This document shows, piece by piece, positions 62,357 to 64,000 of a stretch of 64,000 nucleotides of DNA. The translations under genes were made by a program, and so were the position numbers. A model generated the notes under the pieces. It saw only the letters and a program-made list of their open reading frames with translations, ran no database searches and was not told the origin of the DNA. The stretch's first letter is position 1, and the number at the start of each line of letters is the position of its first letter. The DNA comes from Felis catus (lineage: Eukaryota), in assembly GCF_018350175.1 (NCBI RefSeq), contig NC_058368.1, positions 27,592,001 to 27,656,000 of the forward strand. The letters run 5' to 3'.

Positions 62357-63938
62357 AAAATACAGACTACAGGTTTTTCATTAATTGAATAGGTATATAA
62401 AGATATTACATTCTATAACCAAAAGGACTTTAGAAATAAATCCCTTCATCTTCCAGAACATAAAATTGACATTTGGAGAGTTTAAGGAAGTGTTCAAGGC
62501 CATATTGCTGGCTGGAAGGCAGAAGCCAGAGAAAAACGCCAGCCTCCTGCTTCCAGGTCCCTTCCCTAACATCCTGCCTCCTACACAGGGCCAGACAGGA
62601 TTATCAGTAAGCATGCTACAGGCAATCAACAATCCCACCTCTGATAAATATATGACCTCAACACAAATCAAGTAATTTTTTGAATACTACTGTATAAGAT
62701 ACACATTTTCTTTTTTCTTTCACTACAGGTATCTGAAAATAGATGTTCTCTTAGATCCATTTTAGAACTGGTTTCCTTGCCAGTAGGCACCGTCAACAAC
62801 TTGTCAATCGTCTGAAAGACCTGAGTGCCTGATCCCACTGCAATCAATCAGAGAAGGGCACACACTTGACCTGGAAGGGACAAAGGATGTTTAGGAGAAA
62901 GAGGGCTTTAAGGAGGCACTTTAAACACATTTCTGCCTGAGTCAATTACTCAGAAACCCCACAATACAAAGTAATAGTTGAGTAGATCTTTCAGTAACTG
63001 TTAAAGCTATTTGGAAATTTTAAGTAAAACCTCTTTTCAAAGTTTATTTTCTGTTTATTCATACTAAAGAGTAGCAAATGCAAAAATCAATGATGACGTT
63101 TAGTGAAAAGAATTTTTATAGGAAATAATTAAGTAAGAAAACTCAAAAAGAATGCCCTACTTTGGTGTGAGTTAGGATGTGCAGAAATCCAAAATTTGTT
63201 TTTAATTTTTTTCAAAATAATTAGAAAACTGAAATCCTGTAAATAAGAATCCAAAAAACCCTTCACTCCCCCCCACCACCCTTGACTTCTGAAATACAGT
63301 GCAACTTTCTACCATCTGTTATTTTAGAGAAGAAACAGTAATGAACATATGGGCTTTCTCTCTCAAGCAGCTGTAGTGTAGTTAAAGTTATAATAATTGT
63401 CTTTCTGTAAGATAAATTTACATTAAAAACCTGGCCAGTTAAAAACAAATGGCTCAGCCTCAGAGCCTTCCAGAATAAAATTAAGAAATACAGAATTATC
63501 TATGACATATTACAGAGATTTAGAGGATATCCTCTAAATCTTATGTTTTTATGTTTAAGGTTAAACCAACATAACTCATGATGCCCAAATCAGTTTATAC
63601 AGAGTCTACAATTCATGTTTTCTCTTTCCCAATCAAAATGCTAGGAGCCTCAAACAGTAGTTAGGTACACATACATAAAAATCAGTAACTAAATTCTTGA
63701 AAGCTTATGATATAAACCCACCACTTCTGTGGGTCAATGAACTCTAACCCAAAAGCATATTTATTTATAAGAAAAATCACAATACATGTGGCACATAATC
63801 TTCCATTTCAAATATATGTATGTGTGTGTGTGGGTGTATGTGTATACATATATCACTTATAATGAGTTTAAGTAAACTGAAAAGAAATTCAGAGCAGATT
63901 CACATCCACATATTTTGAAAATTAGGAATTTTGCCTAC

Positions 63939-64000
63939 CTTTATCTGGGTGATTCAAAATCATAATTCTCCTATGAGCTGTTCTAATCTTGGCCTTGCCA
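63939..64000 (-). CDS. DNAJC15: DNAJC15 penultimate coding exon (5' part lies beyond the window), J-domain helix II and HPD motif
   Basis: Minus strand reads GGC AAG GCC AAG ATT AGA ACA GCT CAT AGG AGA ATT ATG ATT TTG AAT CAC CCA GAT AAA G|gtaggc = GKAKIRTAHRRIMILNHPDK. This matches DNAJC15 (AGKAKIRTAHRR), not the paralogue DNAJC19 (NKGKIRDAHRR). GT donor at 63938-63937, phase 1. Confidence 0.95.

Larger units (their letters stand above)
46880..63938 (-). other. DNAJC15: Last intron of DNAJC15 (17,059 bp, GT-AG)
   Basis: Canonical donor and acceptor with matching phase join two exons into a continuous J-domain. Confidence 0.92.

Noticed and set aside
62701..62730. Strong plus-strand splice acceptor (ttttcttttttctttcactacag)
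   Set aside because: No partner donor, exon chain or promoter to support an antisense transcript.
46809..64000. Assignment to DNAJC19 or to a processed pseudogene
   Set aside because: Residues GKAKIRT and ...ATTKH* are DNAJC15-type, and the intron is present with intact signals.

Overview
Eukaryotic (mammalian) genomic DNA, almost certainly from a felid: it carries about 25 tRNA-derived carnivore SINEs (CanSINE, SINEC_Fc type), including young cat-type copies with intact target-site duplications (TSDs). The only protein-coding gene I can support is the 3' end of DNAJC15 (MCJ, a mitochondrial J-protein) on the minus strand. Its penultimate exon (63939 to the window end, ...GKAKIRTAHRRIMILNHPDK) is spliced across a 17,059-bp GT-AG intron to the last coding exon (46879-46809, GGSPYLATKINEAKDLLEATTKH*), with a proximal AATAAA at 46661-46666. 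The rest is intronic or intergenic DNA filled with SINEs, L1, L2, MIR, MaLR/ERV LTRs and DNA-transposon fossils; repeat names are from recall of consensus sequences and their boundaries are approximate. None of the ORF-track ORFs looks like a real gene. No prokaryotic-type system (CRISPR, operon, phage) is present, and I cannot demonstrate a new biological system. Best leads: a cryptic in-frame alternative terminal exon in the last intron that would truncate the J-domain right after HPD; a perfect DR5 retinoic-acid element; a young SINE at the junction of an 81/82-bp tandem duplication; a perfect 65-bp tandem duplication in a CpG-enriched zone; a MER53 with a duplicated arm; and several repeat-free, enhancer-like blocks.
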